Source: Nitrospinales bacterium (GTDB taxonomy: Bacteria; Nitrospinota; Nitrospinia; Nitrospinales; VA-1). Taken from it: a stretch of 64,000 nt of DNA. Position numbers and translations under genes: made by a program. Positions 18,438 through 26,439 of this stretch are shown here, one piece after another. The notes under the pieces were generated by a model, which did no database searches, had not been told where the DNA came from, and saw only the letters and a program-made list of their open reading frames with translations. The stretch is from positions 224,001 to 288,000 of the forward strand of contig CBDCXL010000002.1 in assembly GCA_965223795.1 (NCBI GenBank), read 5' to 3'. Within the stretch, counting starts at the first letter, position 1, and every line of letters starts with the position of its first letter.

Positions 18438-20356
18438 GAATTCATCCAGGTTCGTTTGCGGCGTTGTGGTTTTCGCGGAATCACGCTGGTGTTTTCTTTG
18501 TTTTCGGCGGGTTCCGGCTCTTTTTTCTCAAGTGCGGCCTGCAACTTGGCTTTCAGGACCGGGAAATCTGGATTCAGGATTTTCATGGCGGCGTAATTGC
18601 CAATCAGCAGGTCCCAGGCCTCGTTTCGCTTTTTCCCCGGCTTGAGCTCCCATCGGCGCGTCGGAACGCCGGTTTTGTCGTATTTCGTGACACAGTGCTC
18701 GGCGGTCACCTGGTCAAAATATTCCTCTTCGTACTCCATGGGGAAGTGGCAAAAGCCGGGGCCTGGGTTTTCAATGCCGAGCCTGCCAAATACAATGTCT
18801 TTGGCAACGTGCGTTCCGATGGAATACAGTGAGGCGCCATAGTTCATGGGCTTGGGCTTGTCTGAGATCACGGGAAACGTCCGGTCCGAATGCCCCTTGG
18901 TGGCATAGCATCGGCTATGCAGCCCCTCTTCCCGGATCATCCCGCAGAATTTATAAACGAAATCGGAAAGGTATCCTGAGTCGATGGCTATGCACGCGGC
19001 CTTGAGCTGGTTTCCGGATTCGTGCAGGAACGACCGCGTGATGTCGTTTTTAAGATCGGTCCAGACATCCTCGCCCGTGGTGTCGCCCGGAATGATCTTG
19101 TAGTGGATTCCCCAGGTTTCCTCCCATTCTCCCCAGCCGCGCCATTCCAGCTCCAGCCTGTCGGCCTGAACGTCCACACACAGCGTGACCGCCAGCACCC
19201 CCATGGGCAATTCGGCTTCGTAGAACTCGCGGCGCTGGTACAGCGGGTCTTTGTCCACTGCGTCCCCCTTGATTTCCCAGGTTTCCCCGAGCGAGGTGTT
19301 CACAAAGACCTGGTGGGTGTTCGGCAGCTTGATCGATTCCAGCCAGTTTTCGGCCATCTCGGACCATCGCACCCAGGGGGAATAAAGTTCACTTAGATGG
19401 TAACCTGCTGTGCCTTTGAATTCCGCCGTGGGCCGCCATTCTCCCTGCAGCAACATCCGGGGTTTCTGCGATTCATAGATGACCGCGCCGCATTCGTCGC
19501 AAACATAGTGTGCCGTCTCAGGAAAGTGTTCAATCGTCTCACCAGCTTCGTTTTTTGTCTTATCCCAATAAATATTTGCCCATTTCAGGACCTGGAAGAA
19601 ACCGCAATGCGGGCAGGGAACGTAAAAACGGCGCATGTCGGATTTGTTGTAGTGAAACTCAATCCGCGAAGCGCCTTTGATTCCCGGTGATGAGCACATA
19701 CCTATTTTCCGGTTCCAGTAGGTTGTCGTTCTTTTCATGGCCAGTTTGACGGGGTCGCCCTCGGTGCCGGCGCTTTCTCCGAACCGGTCCACCTCATCCA
19801 GCAACAAAACCCGGATCGGCCGCGAGGAAAGACCGGCGGCGGAGTTGGCTCCGGCCATGACCAGCTGCCCCCCGGGGAATGCCTTTTCCAGAATCGTGTT
19901 GCTGCTGTCCCGCGTCTTCGCGGCTTTCACCTTTTCCCGCAGGCATTCGGTATCCGCGATCATGGGTGCGATCCGCAGTTTGCTGTAAGACTCCGCGGTT
20001 TCGATGGTCGGCTGAACCATCAGGATGGAACAGGGATCCTGGTCAATGAAATACCCGATTGTGTTGTTCACAAAGGATTCGGATTTCCCGACCTGCGAGG
20101 AAGTCATCAGGACAATGGTTTCCACCTTTGGATCGGTCCATGCGTCCATCCATCCTTTTTGAAAATACGCCCTCGAATAACTGAAACGTCCGGGTTTTGC
20201 CGCGGACTTACTGCTCAGCCTTCTTTTTTTTACGGACCACTCGCTTAGACTTAGTTTTGGGGGCGGGTTTAGAATTCCCCGATTCAGGCTGTGCAGCATG
20301 CTCGGCACGCGGCCGTACACTCCCAATGTCTTTAAACTTTCCTGTGCGAGCGTCAT
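18428..20356 (-). CDS. Terminase large subunit (lambda gpA family)
   Basis: SSQVGKSE Walker A, LLLDEVD, CSSP, VPCPHCG, VDVQ, IDSGY, RNEAWD. Confidence 0.97.
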   Translation of the reverse strand: MTLAQESLKTLGVYGRVPSMLHSLNRGILNPPPKLSLSEWSVKKRRLSSKSAAKPGRFSYSRAYFQKGWMDAWTDPKVETIVLMTSSQVGKSESFVNNTIGYFIDQDPCSILMVQPTIETAESYSKLRIAPMIADTECLREKVKAAKTRDSSNTILEKAFPGGQLVMAGANSAAGLSSRPIRVLLLDEVDRFGESAGTEGDPVKLAMKRTTTYWNRKIGMCSSPGIKGASRIEFHYNKSDMRRFYVPCPHCGFFQVLKWANIYWDKTKNEAGETIEHFPETAHYVCDECGAVIYESQKPRMLLQGEWRPTAEFKGTAGYHLSELYSPWVRWSEMAENWLESIKLPNTHQVFVNTSLGETWEIKGDAVDKDPLYQRREFYEAELPMGVLAVTLCVDVQADRLELEWRGWGEWEETWGIHYKIIPGDTTGEDVWTDLKNDITRSFLHESGNQLKAACIAIDSGYLSDFVYKFCGMIREEGLHSRCYATKGHSDRTFPVISDKPKPMNYGASLYSIGTHVAKDIVFGRLGIENPGPGFCHFPMEYEEEYFDQVTAEHCVTKYDKTGVPTRRWELKPGKKRNEAWDLLIGNYAAMKILNPDFPVLKAKLQAALEKKEPEPAENKENTSVIPRKPQRRKRTWMNSWK

Positions 20357-20804
20357 AGCTTCTCAGTTCAAGAATCGCTTCCTCGACGGCCTGGTCGAGC
20401 ACAATCTTGATTCCCGCGATCTCGGTTTCTCCGGCAACGGACGGCGCAACATCGGAAGGAAGGGAAAGAAGTTTCGCACGAAAAGCGGTCAGCATCTTTT
20501 CCAGCTCGTCCTGGACTTCCTCCGCGACCACGACCCGCCCGGCTTTCATTTCGAATTCCAGCTGCGCCATGTCCGCGCGGATCTTCGTGAGCCGGGCCTG
20601 TTCCTTTTTCCCTTCCGAGGATTCGGTTGCCAGAGATTGAAGATATTTTATGTAGGCTTGAATGCAGCCCAGGAGGTCGTACTGGTTGCGCTTTGGCTTG
20701 GGAATGATTCCTTCTTTGGCGAGCTGCTGAACCCTGCGGACGGTGAGACCGAAAAGTTTTGAAAGGACACCGCAGGCAACAAGTTGAACCTTCGCGGCCA
20801 TCAA
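20208..20804 (-). CDS. Terminase small subunit (Nu1-like)
   Basis: LFGLTVRRVQQLAKEG wHTH, YDLLGCIQAYI, EQARLTKIRAD coil. Confidence 0.9.
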   Translation of the reverse strand: MMAAKVQLVACGVLSKLFGLTVRRVQQLAKEGIIPKPKRNQYDLLGCIQAYIKYLQSLATESSEGKKEQARLTKIRADMAQLEFEMKAGRVVVAEEVQDELEKMLTAFRAKLLSLPSDVAPSVAGETEIAGIKIVLDQAVEEAILELRSYDARTGKFKDIGSVRPRAEHAAQPESGNSKPAPKTKSKRVVRKKKKAEQ

Positions 20805-21553
20805 ACACCGGGAATGGGAAACTGGATAACCGGGTTGATGTCATAGCCGATTTGTTTTTTTCGCGTGACGCGTGAACTGCCCTCGTCCTTCCGGACGATC
20901 TTGGAACCCCATTTTTTTTGCAGAAGGATGAACTGCTCTTTCTCTCTCTGGATGGTTCGATACGCGGCACAGCCACCGGGCAGGCCGTGCTGATCCACCA
21001 CGTAGAAGTAGGCATTGAATCGGAGCGTTCGGCGAAACCGGTTCACGGCTTGCAGGCTCATGTCGTAATCTTCTTTCAGCGGCAGGCGCTCATCGTACCG
21101 GCACGGGTTTGCAAGATGGCCCTGGAATGGGCCACCGATGAAAGATGTGAGGCGGAACGGCGTGTTCTCGCGGTAGGCTCCCTTATCCGGCAACAGGTTG
21201 ATTCCCCAATACTTCACACCCAGCTGCTCGGCCATGCAGAAACCGTGCTCGATGAACTCATCGACCTCGCCGGCGTCGAGCTTTTTCATCTTCTGTTTTT
21301 CCCAACGAGCGATCATCTTCAAATCGTCATCCAGTAAAACGATCGCTTTGCATTTCTCGTTGTCCAGGATGTAATTCCGCACCCGGCAAATGTTCCCCTG
21401 CACGCTGTTCGGGACGGACCACACGTTCACGCCGGTTTTCTTGTATTTCGCGGCTTCGGATTTGGAGACCACGTAGACGACCTGGGGCAGGTACTTGTGC
21501 GTGCGGATGATCTCCGCTCGCTTGTAGGATGGGCAGAATATTTTATATTTCAT
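20801..21553 (-). CDS. GREB1/TAGT-like GT-A glycosyltransferase
   Basis: PSYKRA, VRNYILD, LLDDDL, KEDYDMSLQ, GGC..YR. Confidence 0.75.
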   Translation of the reverse strand: MKYKIFCPSYKRAEIIRTHKYLPQVVYVVSKSEAAKYKKTGVNVWSVPNSVQGNICRVRNYILDNEKCKAIVLLDDDLKMIARWEKQKMKKLDAGEVDEFIEHGFCMAEQLGVKYWGINLLPDKGAYRENTPFRLTSFIGGPFQGHLANPCRYDERLPLKEDYDMSLQAVNRFRRTLRFNAYFYVVDQHGLPGGCAAYRTIQREKEQFILLQKKWGSKIVRKDEGSSRVTRKKQIGYDINPVIQFPIPGV

Positions 21554-22188
21554 AAATCCTTCCCCGAAACTTTTGAAAGGTACTCACCGCCATCGATCAC
21601 GCGGCCGATGCCTTTGGCCCAGGGCTTCCCATTCGAGCGCTTGGAATATTTCGAACCCAGGTTGAAATGGGTTTTCGCGTTGAGCCAGTCGATCTCATTT
21701 CTGAAAACCAAAACCACATAATTGTTGCACTCGAGCAGCTCTTCCGAAAATTCCACTTCCTGAGATCCATCACCATCATTCCCAGCCGCGCCGCTTTCCC
21801 CCGAAAGCAGGGATGCGATGTCAACCTCGTCCAATCCTGTGAGATCCAGGTTGAATTTCTTTTTCTCAAGGTCCTGGATCTCCAACGCAAGAAACTCATC
21901 ATCCCAATCGGAATCCTGGTGTGATCGATTGTCCATGATGCGGTATGCCTTGATCTGCTGTTGGTCCATACCCTCGGCCACATGGACCGGGACTTTGACC
22001 TGGCCGATTTTCTTTGCAGCGATATATCGCGTGTGACCGGCAATGATGACCATTTCCGAATCGACCACAATGGGCTGCCGCCATCCGAATTGCTTGATGG
22101 ACGCAGCCACCTTATCAACAGCCTGGTTCTTTCTCGGATTCCTCGCATACGGGATGATTTTCTCAATCGGGACAAGTTTGGTTTTCAT
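21550..22188 (-). CDS. ParB/Srx N-terminal domain protein
   Basis: IIPYARNPRKN...SIKQFGWRQPIVVD...IAGHTRY...DNR; start MKTKLV at 22188. Confidence 0.9.
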   Translation of the reverse strand: MKTKLVPIEKIIPYARNPRKNQAVDKVAASIKQFGWRQPIVVDSEMVIIAGHTRYIAAKKIGQVKVPVHVAEGMDQQQIKAYRIMDNRSHQDSDWDDEFLALEIQDLEKKKFNLDLTGLDEVDIASLLSGESGAAGNDGDGSQEVEFSEELLECNNYVVLVFRNEIDWLNAKTHFNLGSKYSKRSNGKPWAKGIGRVIDGGEYLSKVSGKDL

Positions 22189-22389
22189 GAAATGGACTCC
22201 CCCACGCCTTGTGGATATACTTCCAGTGTTCTCGACTGGGAGTAGCAGGAATTTCTTTCGAAATTCTTGCGGCGTGGGTTCCGTCCACGTCGGTCCGGGA
22301 GGCTGCAACCTCCCGGCCTGCTCTCGCTCCAACTTTTTCAAAACGAAACGAAACGCTGTTTTTAAATGCTTTATCTAGACAAAAATCGA

Positions 22390-22430
22390 AATGCGCGTTA
22401 CCCTCGGCCGAGGGGTCGTCAGAAGGACCC
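22390..22430 (-). promoter_or_regulatory. Putative cos packaging site
   Basis: Minus strand GGGTCCT (identical to lambda cosQ) then perfect palindrome CCCTCGGCCGAGGG (22401-22414); intergenic, upstream of the terminase operon. Confidence 0.6.
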
Positions 22431-22454
22431 AAAATCAATAGGTTGCGGCGTCGC

Positions 22455-23084
22455 TCACTTAAACCTGGCTGTTTTCAGGGCTTTATCGAGAGATTGATTG
22501 AATCGCCGGATGAACTGACGGTTGGCAACCCTGGCCGCCACCTTCTTGAAATTGAAACGACGTGGGATCTTTGCAGTCCTCTCGAATCCAAACAATGCCT
22601 TGAGCCTGGGGTTGCGCTTGCCGCCCACCTTCTTGACAATGCCCTTGCTCCCATCCCTGAATTTTGTGATGAAAACATTCTTCTGATTCAGGATGTCTCG
22701 CGCTCCCCCTGACTTCCTGAATCGCTTGGCTACGTTGTCGGTGGGGATCGCAAGGGTTGATCCTCGAAAAGGTCTCTTTGTTCCCCCTTCCTCCTGAAGG
22801 TCCGCGAAAAAAGCATTGGTGAATATAGATGCAACCAGGTTGTTTTTCTTCGCAGGCGTGATCTTGATGCCCGTGGGCTGCTGTTTGAGCCACCATTTCT
22901 TTTTGTTCTCGAATACCCTTTGAACATTCACAACCTCTGCTTTCTGCACATCCTGAGCGGTTCGGGTCAAAGCCTGTGCTGTGGCAAACGGGATCTGTTT
23001 TCGTTGCAGATCATTCAGGCTCTTGGTGAGCTCCTTCACGTCCAGTCGGACATCTATTTCAAAAACAGGCTGCGCCATGTTCAA
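22455..23084 (-). CDS. Putative tail completion/neck protein (gpZ-like)
   Basis: KQIPFATAQALTRTAQ, QEEGG motifs; basic. Confidence 0.65.
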   Translation of the reverse strand: MNMAQPVFEIDVRLDVKELTKSLNDLQRKQIPFATAQALTRTAQDVQKAEVVNVQRVFENKKKWWLKQQPTGIKITPAKKNNLVASIFTNAFFADLQEEGGTKRPFRGSTLAIPTDNVAKRFRKSGGARDILNQKNVFITKFRDGSKGIVKKVGGKRNPRLKALFGFERTAKIPRRFNFKKVAARVANRQFIRRFNQSLDKALKTARFK

Positions 23085-23150
23085 TCAATCCTTCACACAT
23101 GTGATGGCCGCCATATAGACGGCCACCAAAATGACAATCAGGAATTTCAA
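23085..23150 (-). CDS. Putative 21-aa hydrophobic micropeptide
   Basis: TTG-KFLIVILVAVYMAAITCVKD-TGA; start overlaps upstream TGA and the ORF fills the gap exactly. Confidence 0.35.
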   Translation of the reverse strand: MKFLIVILVAVYMAAITCVKD

Positions 23151-23578
23151 TAGCAGACTTTCTTTTTGCAGGGGCCCAGCCAGGGCGGAGTTTTGCACAC
23201 GCATGATTTTGCGCTTGCCCCATCCCATGTCTTGAAGCGGTGGTGGGTCCATTCCGGTTCCATGCAGTCCTTGGAACGGCGCGGATTTTCTTCGGTCCAG
23301 ATCGTGCGCCTGCCATCATCCAGGGGATGGCCACGGCCTGGGTATTGAGAGACCGCATAAATGAATTCACGGCACGGCTTATAGGTGCGAATGAAGATTT
23401 CCCCGCTCAGTGTGGTGTCCCAATCCCACATTTTTTTGAAGTCAGCACCAACAGGTTTTTCCTGCGCATGGGAATAGGGAACGTTGAGCCAGGCCAAACA
23501 CCAGAGGACAAACATCCCCCCGAAAAACCATGCGAGGATCTTGATCAAAACCCGGTCTTCATTGCTGAGTCGTTTCAT
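23147..23578 (-). CDS. Hypothetical membrane/exported protein
   Basis: N-terminal hydrophobic segment ending SHA-QE; Cys-rich C-terminus; ATGA-coupled to o-spanin. Confidence 0.6.
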   Translation of the reverse strand: MKRLSNEDRVLIKILAWFFGGMFVLWCLAWLNVPYSHAQEKPVGADFKKMWDWDTTLSGEIFIRTYKPCREFIYAVSQYPGRGHPLDDGRRTIWTEENPRRSKDCMEPEWTHHRFKTWDGASAKSCVCKTPPWLGPCKKKVCY

Positions 23579-23835
23579 GGCTGTTCCTCCCCCTGCCCAG
23601 GACATAGTGCATCCAGAGCATCATTGTTGTTCTCGACCTCGCGCAGAAAATCGTTCATCGAGATCGGAACATTGTTTTTCGGGTCGGCGATCCAATCAAT
23701 CAGGAACGGTTCCGCGATGACTTTTTTAAAAGCCACGCAATGCCGCGAAACCGTTTCAACCTTGATTGGTTTCTGCTCGGTTGCGCATGCGCGCAAGAGT
23801 ATCAGCAAGAGTGTCGCGCCGATGACGCATCTCAA
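23575..23835 (-). CDS. Outer-membrane spanin (Rz1-like lipoprotein)
   Basis: TLLLILLRAC lipoprotein-like signal; starts inside the i-spanin in another frame; start uncertain. Confidence 0.6.
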   Translation of the reverse strand: MRCVIGATLLLILLRACATEQKPIKVETVSRHCVAFKKVIAEPFLIDWIADPKNNVPISMNDFLREVENNNDALDALCPGQGEEQP

Positions 23836-24046
23836 TTTCGCGCCTGGCTTCCACAATTTTTTTGAGGTCCGCAAAGGCTTTCTCCGTGTTAATGCGCTGG
23901 ACGCGATCCGCTGCCTGTTCTTCCAGTTTTTCCAATTCCTTCTTTTTGGCTCGCGCCTTCCAGAAGGAATCCCACCAGCCGGTGACCACCGCCTTTATGG
24001 TGGCCACCCAGCCCATTGAAAGAAAACTGCTGATCGCAACCATCAC
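23756..24046 (-). CDS. Inner-membrane spanin (Rz-like)
   Basis: N-terminal TM plus coiled coil; follows holin-like gene. Confidence 0.6.
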   Translation of the reverse strand: MMVAISSFLSMGWVATIKAVVTGWWDSFWKARAKKKELEKLEEQAADRVQRINTEKAFADLKKIVEARREIEMRHRRDTLADTLARMRNRAETNQG

Positions 24047-24627
24047 GCGCCCGGATTGGTTGCTTCTTTAATCAGGTTTTCCTCTTTCTCAGTCAGAGGC
24101 AAAGGCGGTTTGTTGGCGATAGCAAGCGGCAGATCATCCCGGTTTTTGTTCTTCCCGAAATTCATGGCCAGGAAATTCAGCGCTTTCATCAGCATGTTGT
24201 AAACCGGTGATCCCTGAATCGTCGAAGGCAGCCAGGCGGTGAACATATTTGCCATCAGCACAATGAACCCGGCTCCAAAAGCGATCCATCCCATGAGGCT
24301 GTCCGGCTTCTCCATCGGGATGGTGGGGACCGGGGCAGGTTCGGCGACCTGGGCGCGCAGGACTTCCCCCTGTCTGAAATCATATTTCCAGGGACCGCGA
24401 AAATCGGAAATGATCTGGAAATCCTGATCCAGAATTTTGGACTCGATCAGCTGCGGCGCTTTGTACAAGCCACCACCAGGAATTTCATGAGCGGGTGTCG
24501 AGCTTTGCTCGACCTCCTGCGCATGGCAGGATCGGCACTCGGCCGCCTCCAACGTGCTGCTCGACTGGCAGGGATAACCGTGGATCAGAAGCGCCAGCAC
24601 AAAGAAAATCTGCAATTTCATTCTCAT
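24043..24627 (-). CDS. Holin-like protein with signal peptide and CxxCH motif
   Basis: Between endolysin and spanins; C-terminal TM plus LNFLAMNFGKNKN helix; CRSCH at 24523-24537. Confidence 0.65.
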   Translation of the reverse strand: MRMKLQIFFVLALLIHGYPCQSSSTLEAAECRSCHAQEVEQSSTPAHEIPGGGLYKAPQLIESKILDQDFQIISDFRGPWKYDFRQGEVLRAQVAEPAPVPTIPMEKPDSLMGWIAFGAGFIVLMANMFTAWLPSTIQGSPVYNMLMKALNFLAMNFGKNKNRDDLPLAIANKPPLPLTEKEENLIKEATNPGA

Positions 24628-25073
24628 GTTGTTTTCTCCGGAAAGTTTTCAATTTTCAGGCGGAAGCGGTTGAGCTCCGCTGTGCGTTGCTTGAATTCAC
24701 GAAATCCGCGCTGCGAAGAAAGCACGGCCGGCAGACCATATAGAAAGCCGAACTCTTCCCCGATCACGGGGCAACCTTTCGTGTCGGGATCGATGGCGCG
24801 CTTTTCATCACCCACGCCAAGGTTCCCGCCATGAAATCGGATCAATGTCCGGTCGGGCACATCCATAACCTCGAATGTCGAGCCAAAGTGGACCGAATTG
24901 ACGCTTTCGCAGATGTAGACACCTTCGGGGATGCAGGAGATGTTGGGCTCGTTGTCTTTCCAGGGGGGCTCGACAGTGAGGGCGAACGGAAGCGGACCAT
25001 CCAGGAGGGCCCCGAAGGTGCCATGATGGTAAGAACTGACGCGCCGGATTGTGAATTCCCTGAGCACATTCAT
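24624..25073 (-). CDS. DUF5675-family putative endolysin
   Basis: TFGALL...LTVEPPWKDN...SCIPEGVY...VPDR..IRFHGGN...TKGC. Confidence 0.8.
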   Translation of the reverse strand: MNVLREFTIRRVSSYHHGTFGALLDGPLPFALTVEPPWKDNEPNISCIPEGVYICESVNSVHFGSTFEVMDVPDRTLIRFHGGNLGVGDEKRAIDPDTKGCPVIGEEFGFLYGLPAVLSSQRGFREFKQRTAELNRFRLKIENFPEKTT

Positions 25074-25130
25074 GCTCGGGAGTTTAAGGCGAAACGAAAA
25101 AACCGAACAAGGGGGGGCAAAACGGGTGGG

Positions 25131-25364
25131 TTAGGACCGTGGGTTATTGCGTACCTTTTTCTTCTGATCGGAATGGCGCTTCAACGGCCCCTGCATGATC
25201 ATTTGATACTGGGGAAACTCAAACCTTATAGAAGATCGGGTCTTGGCAATCCTGGCGATCACAGGTCCGGCAGCTGGGCATTGCTCGACGATTTCCCGGC
25301 AAACAGAACCCTTGCGAAAATCTTCCGGGCGCACGTCTTTTTCCAGGTCTTCAATAGTGGTCAT
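25131..25364 (-). CDS. Small protein resembling the Mor activator N-terminal half
   Basis: VRPEDF...REIVEQ...RFEFP pattern; late-regulator position; no obvious HTH. Confidence 0.4.
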   Translation of the reverse strand: MTTIEDLEKDVRPEDFRKGSVCREIVEQCPAAGPVIARIAKTRSSIRFEFPQYQMIMQGPLKRHSDQKKKVRNNPRS

Positions 25365-25577
25365 TTAATAAAACTTGGTTGGCTGTGTTATGTGAAGGGT
25401 TTCGCCTGTTCTTGGGTCGTATGCTCCTGCTGATTTTTTCTCAACCACGTTCGTGCATGCTTTAAGATTCCACCCATGATCCTCGCAACACCAGTCATAA
25501 CCATATCCATAGGCATCGGGAATTGTCCTTAAATACCAAATGCATCCTTCTTTATAGGTGATTTCATCCATATTCAA
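25365..25577 (-). CDS. Hypothetical protein
   Basis: 70 aa; coupled to both neighbours; AT-rich. Confidence 0.5.
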   Translation of the reverse strand: MNMDEITYKEGCIWYLRTIPDAYGYGYDWCCEDHGWNLKACTNVVEKKSAGAYDPRTGETLHITQPTKFY

Positions 25578-25963
25578 AGCTCCTGAATTTCGACCAAGAC
25601 AAACGGCGGATTGCGTTTGAACTTACGCACCTGCCGGCCGTCATCGATCTGCGAATCGTTTTCGAATACCTCCGCGCTCTGCAGCGAATCTTCGAGGATC
25701 TTCAACAAATTGCTCAGGTCGCGTGTCCGCCTGTCCGGGAAGTGCGCCTCGATCCAGAACCGCAACCGGGACTTTCCGAATCTCGGAATGGGCGGGTAAT
25801 AATTCTCGACTTTCCCGATCACGGTTTTTTTGTACTGGCGCCCTTCGTCGGTCAGGATGAGTTTTGCCTTCTGCCCCGGCTTCATGCCGCGCGTCGTGGT
25901 GATCGTGTAAAGCCGGTTCACGCTCACTGGCAGCGGAAGGTGGAACCGCGCGGATTTTTTCAT
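25574..25963 (-). CDS. rusA: RusA-family Holliday junction resolvase
   Basis: LPLPVSVN...PDRRTRDLSNLLKILEDSL...NDSQID. Confidence 0.9.
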   Translation of the reverse strand: MKKSARFHLPLPVSVNRLYTITTTRGMKPGQKAKLILTDEGRQYKKTVIGKVENYYPPIPRFGKSRLRFWIEAHFPDRRTRDLSNLLKILEDSLQSAEVFENDSQIDDGRQVRKFKRNPPFVLVEIQEL

Positions 25964-26421
25964 CTATTTGTCCCCACAGCCGCTTTTGCTTTACATAATA
26001 TTTTTTTCTGCATTGGATGGGTATCAACCCGCGGCCTTGATGGCGTGTTCCAAGATCCACCACCGCACTCCCCGATCAATATCCACCCTGCCGCCTTCAA
26101 ACTCGTTCCGCCTTCCTGTGGTAATGTATAAGTGATTAATTTTCGGAATCCCATTTCCTTAGTGATTCGCCATGCAGCGCCGTATAGAGCAGAGCAGGCG
26201 TTTCTCGTTCCGTCCGTACAGAGCCGATTCACTTCTAAAGTCCAGCCGTTATCCAGCATTCTTGCAACTGGCCTGCCTACAATGGCAACTCCGCAAATTT
26301 TTTCTCCATCTGACACACCAATTGAAAACTTTGCACCTGGCATACGCTTATGATGCCGATGGTGGGTGGTCACAAACTGGTTAGCTTCTTTCAATGTCAT
26401 TGGAACGATTTGCAGTTTCAT
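25960..26421 (-). CDS. XF1762-family GNAT-like protein (Mom-related)
   Basis: LKEANQFV..HHRHH...GRPVARMLD..TLEVNRLCTDGTRNACSALY...ITYTL..E.GTSLKAAGW. Confidence 0.75.
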   Translation of the reverse strand: MKLQIVPMTLKEANQFVTTHHRHHKRMPGAKFSIGVSDGEKICGVAIVGRPVARMLDNGWTLEVNRLCTDGTRNACSALYGAAWRITKEMGFRKLITYTLPQEGGTSLKAAGWILIGECGGGSWNTPSRPRVDTHPMQKKILCKAKAAVGTNR

Positions 26422-26439
26422 TGACGCTTAGAACCCGAA

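Noticed and set aside
22189..22341. N-terminal extension of ParB given by the ORF track
   Set aside because: It lies in the cos-proximal spacer; domain similarity starts at MKTKLV with an SD upstream
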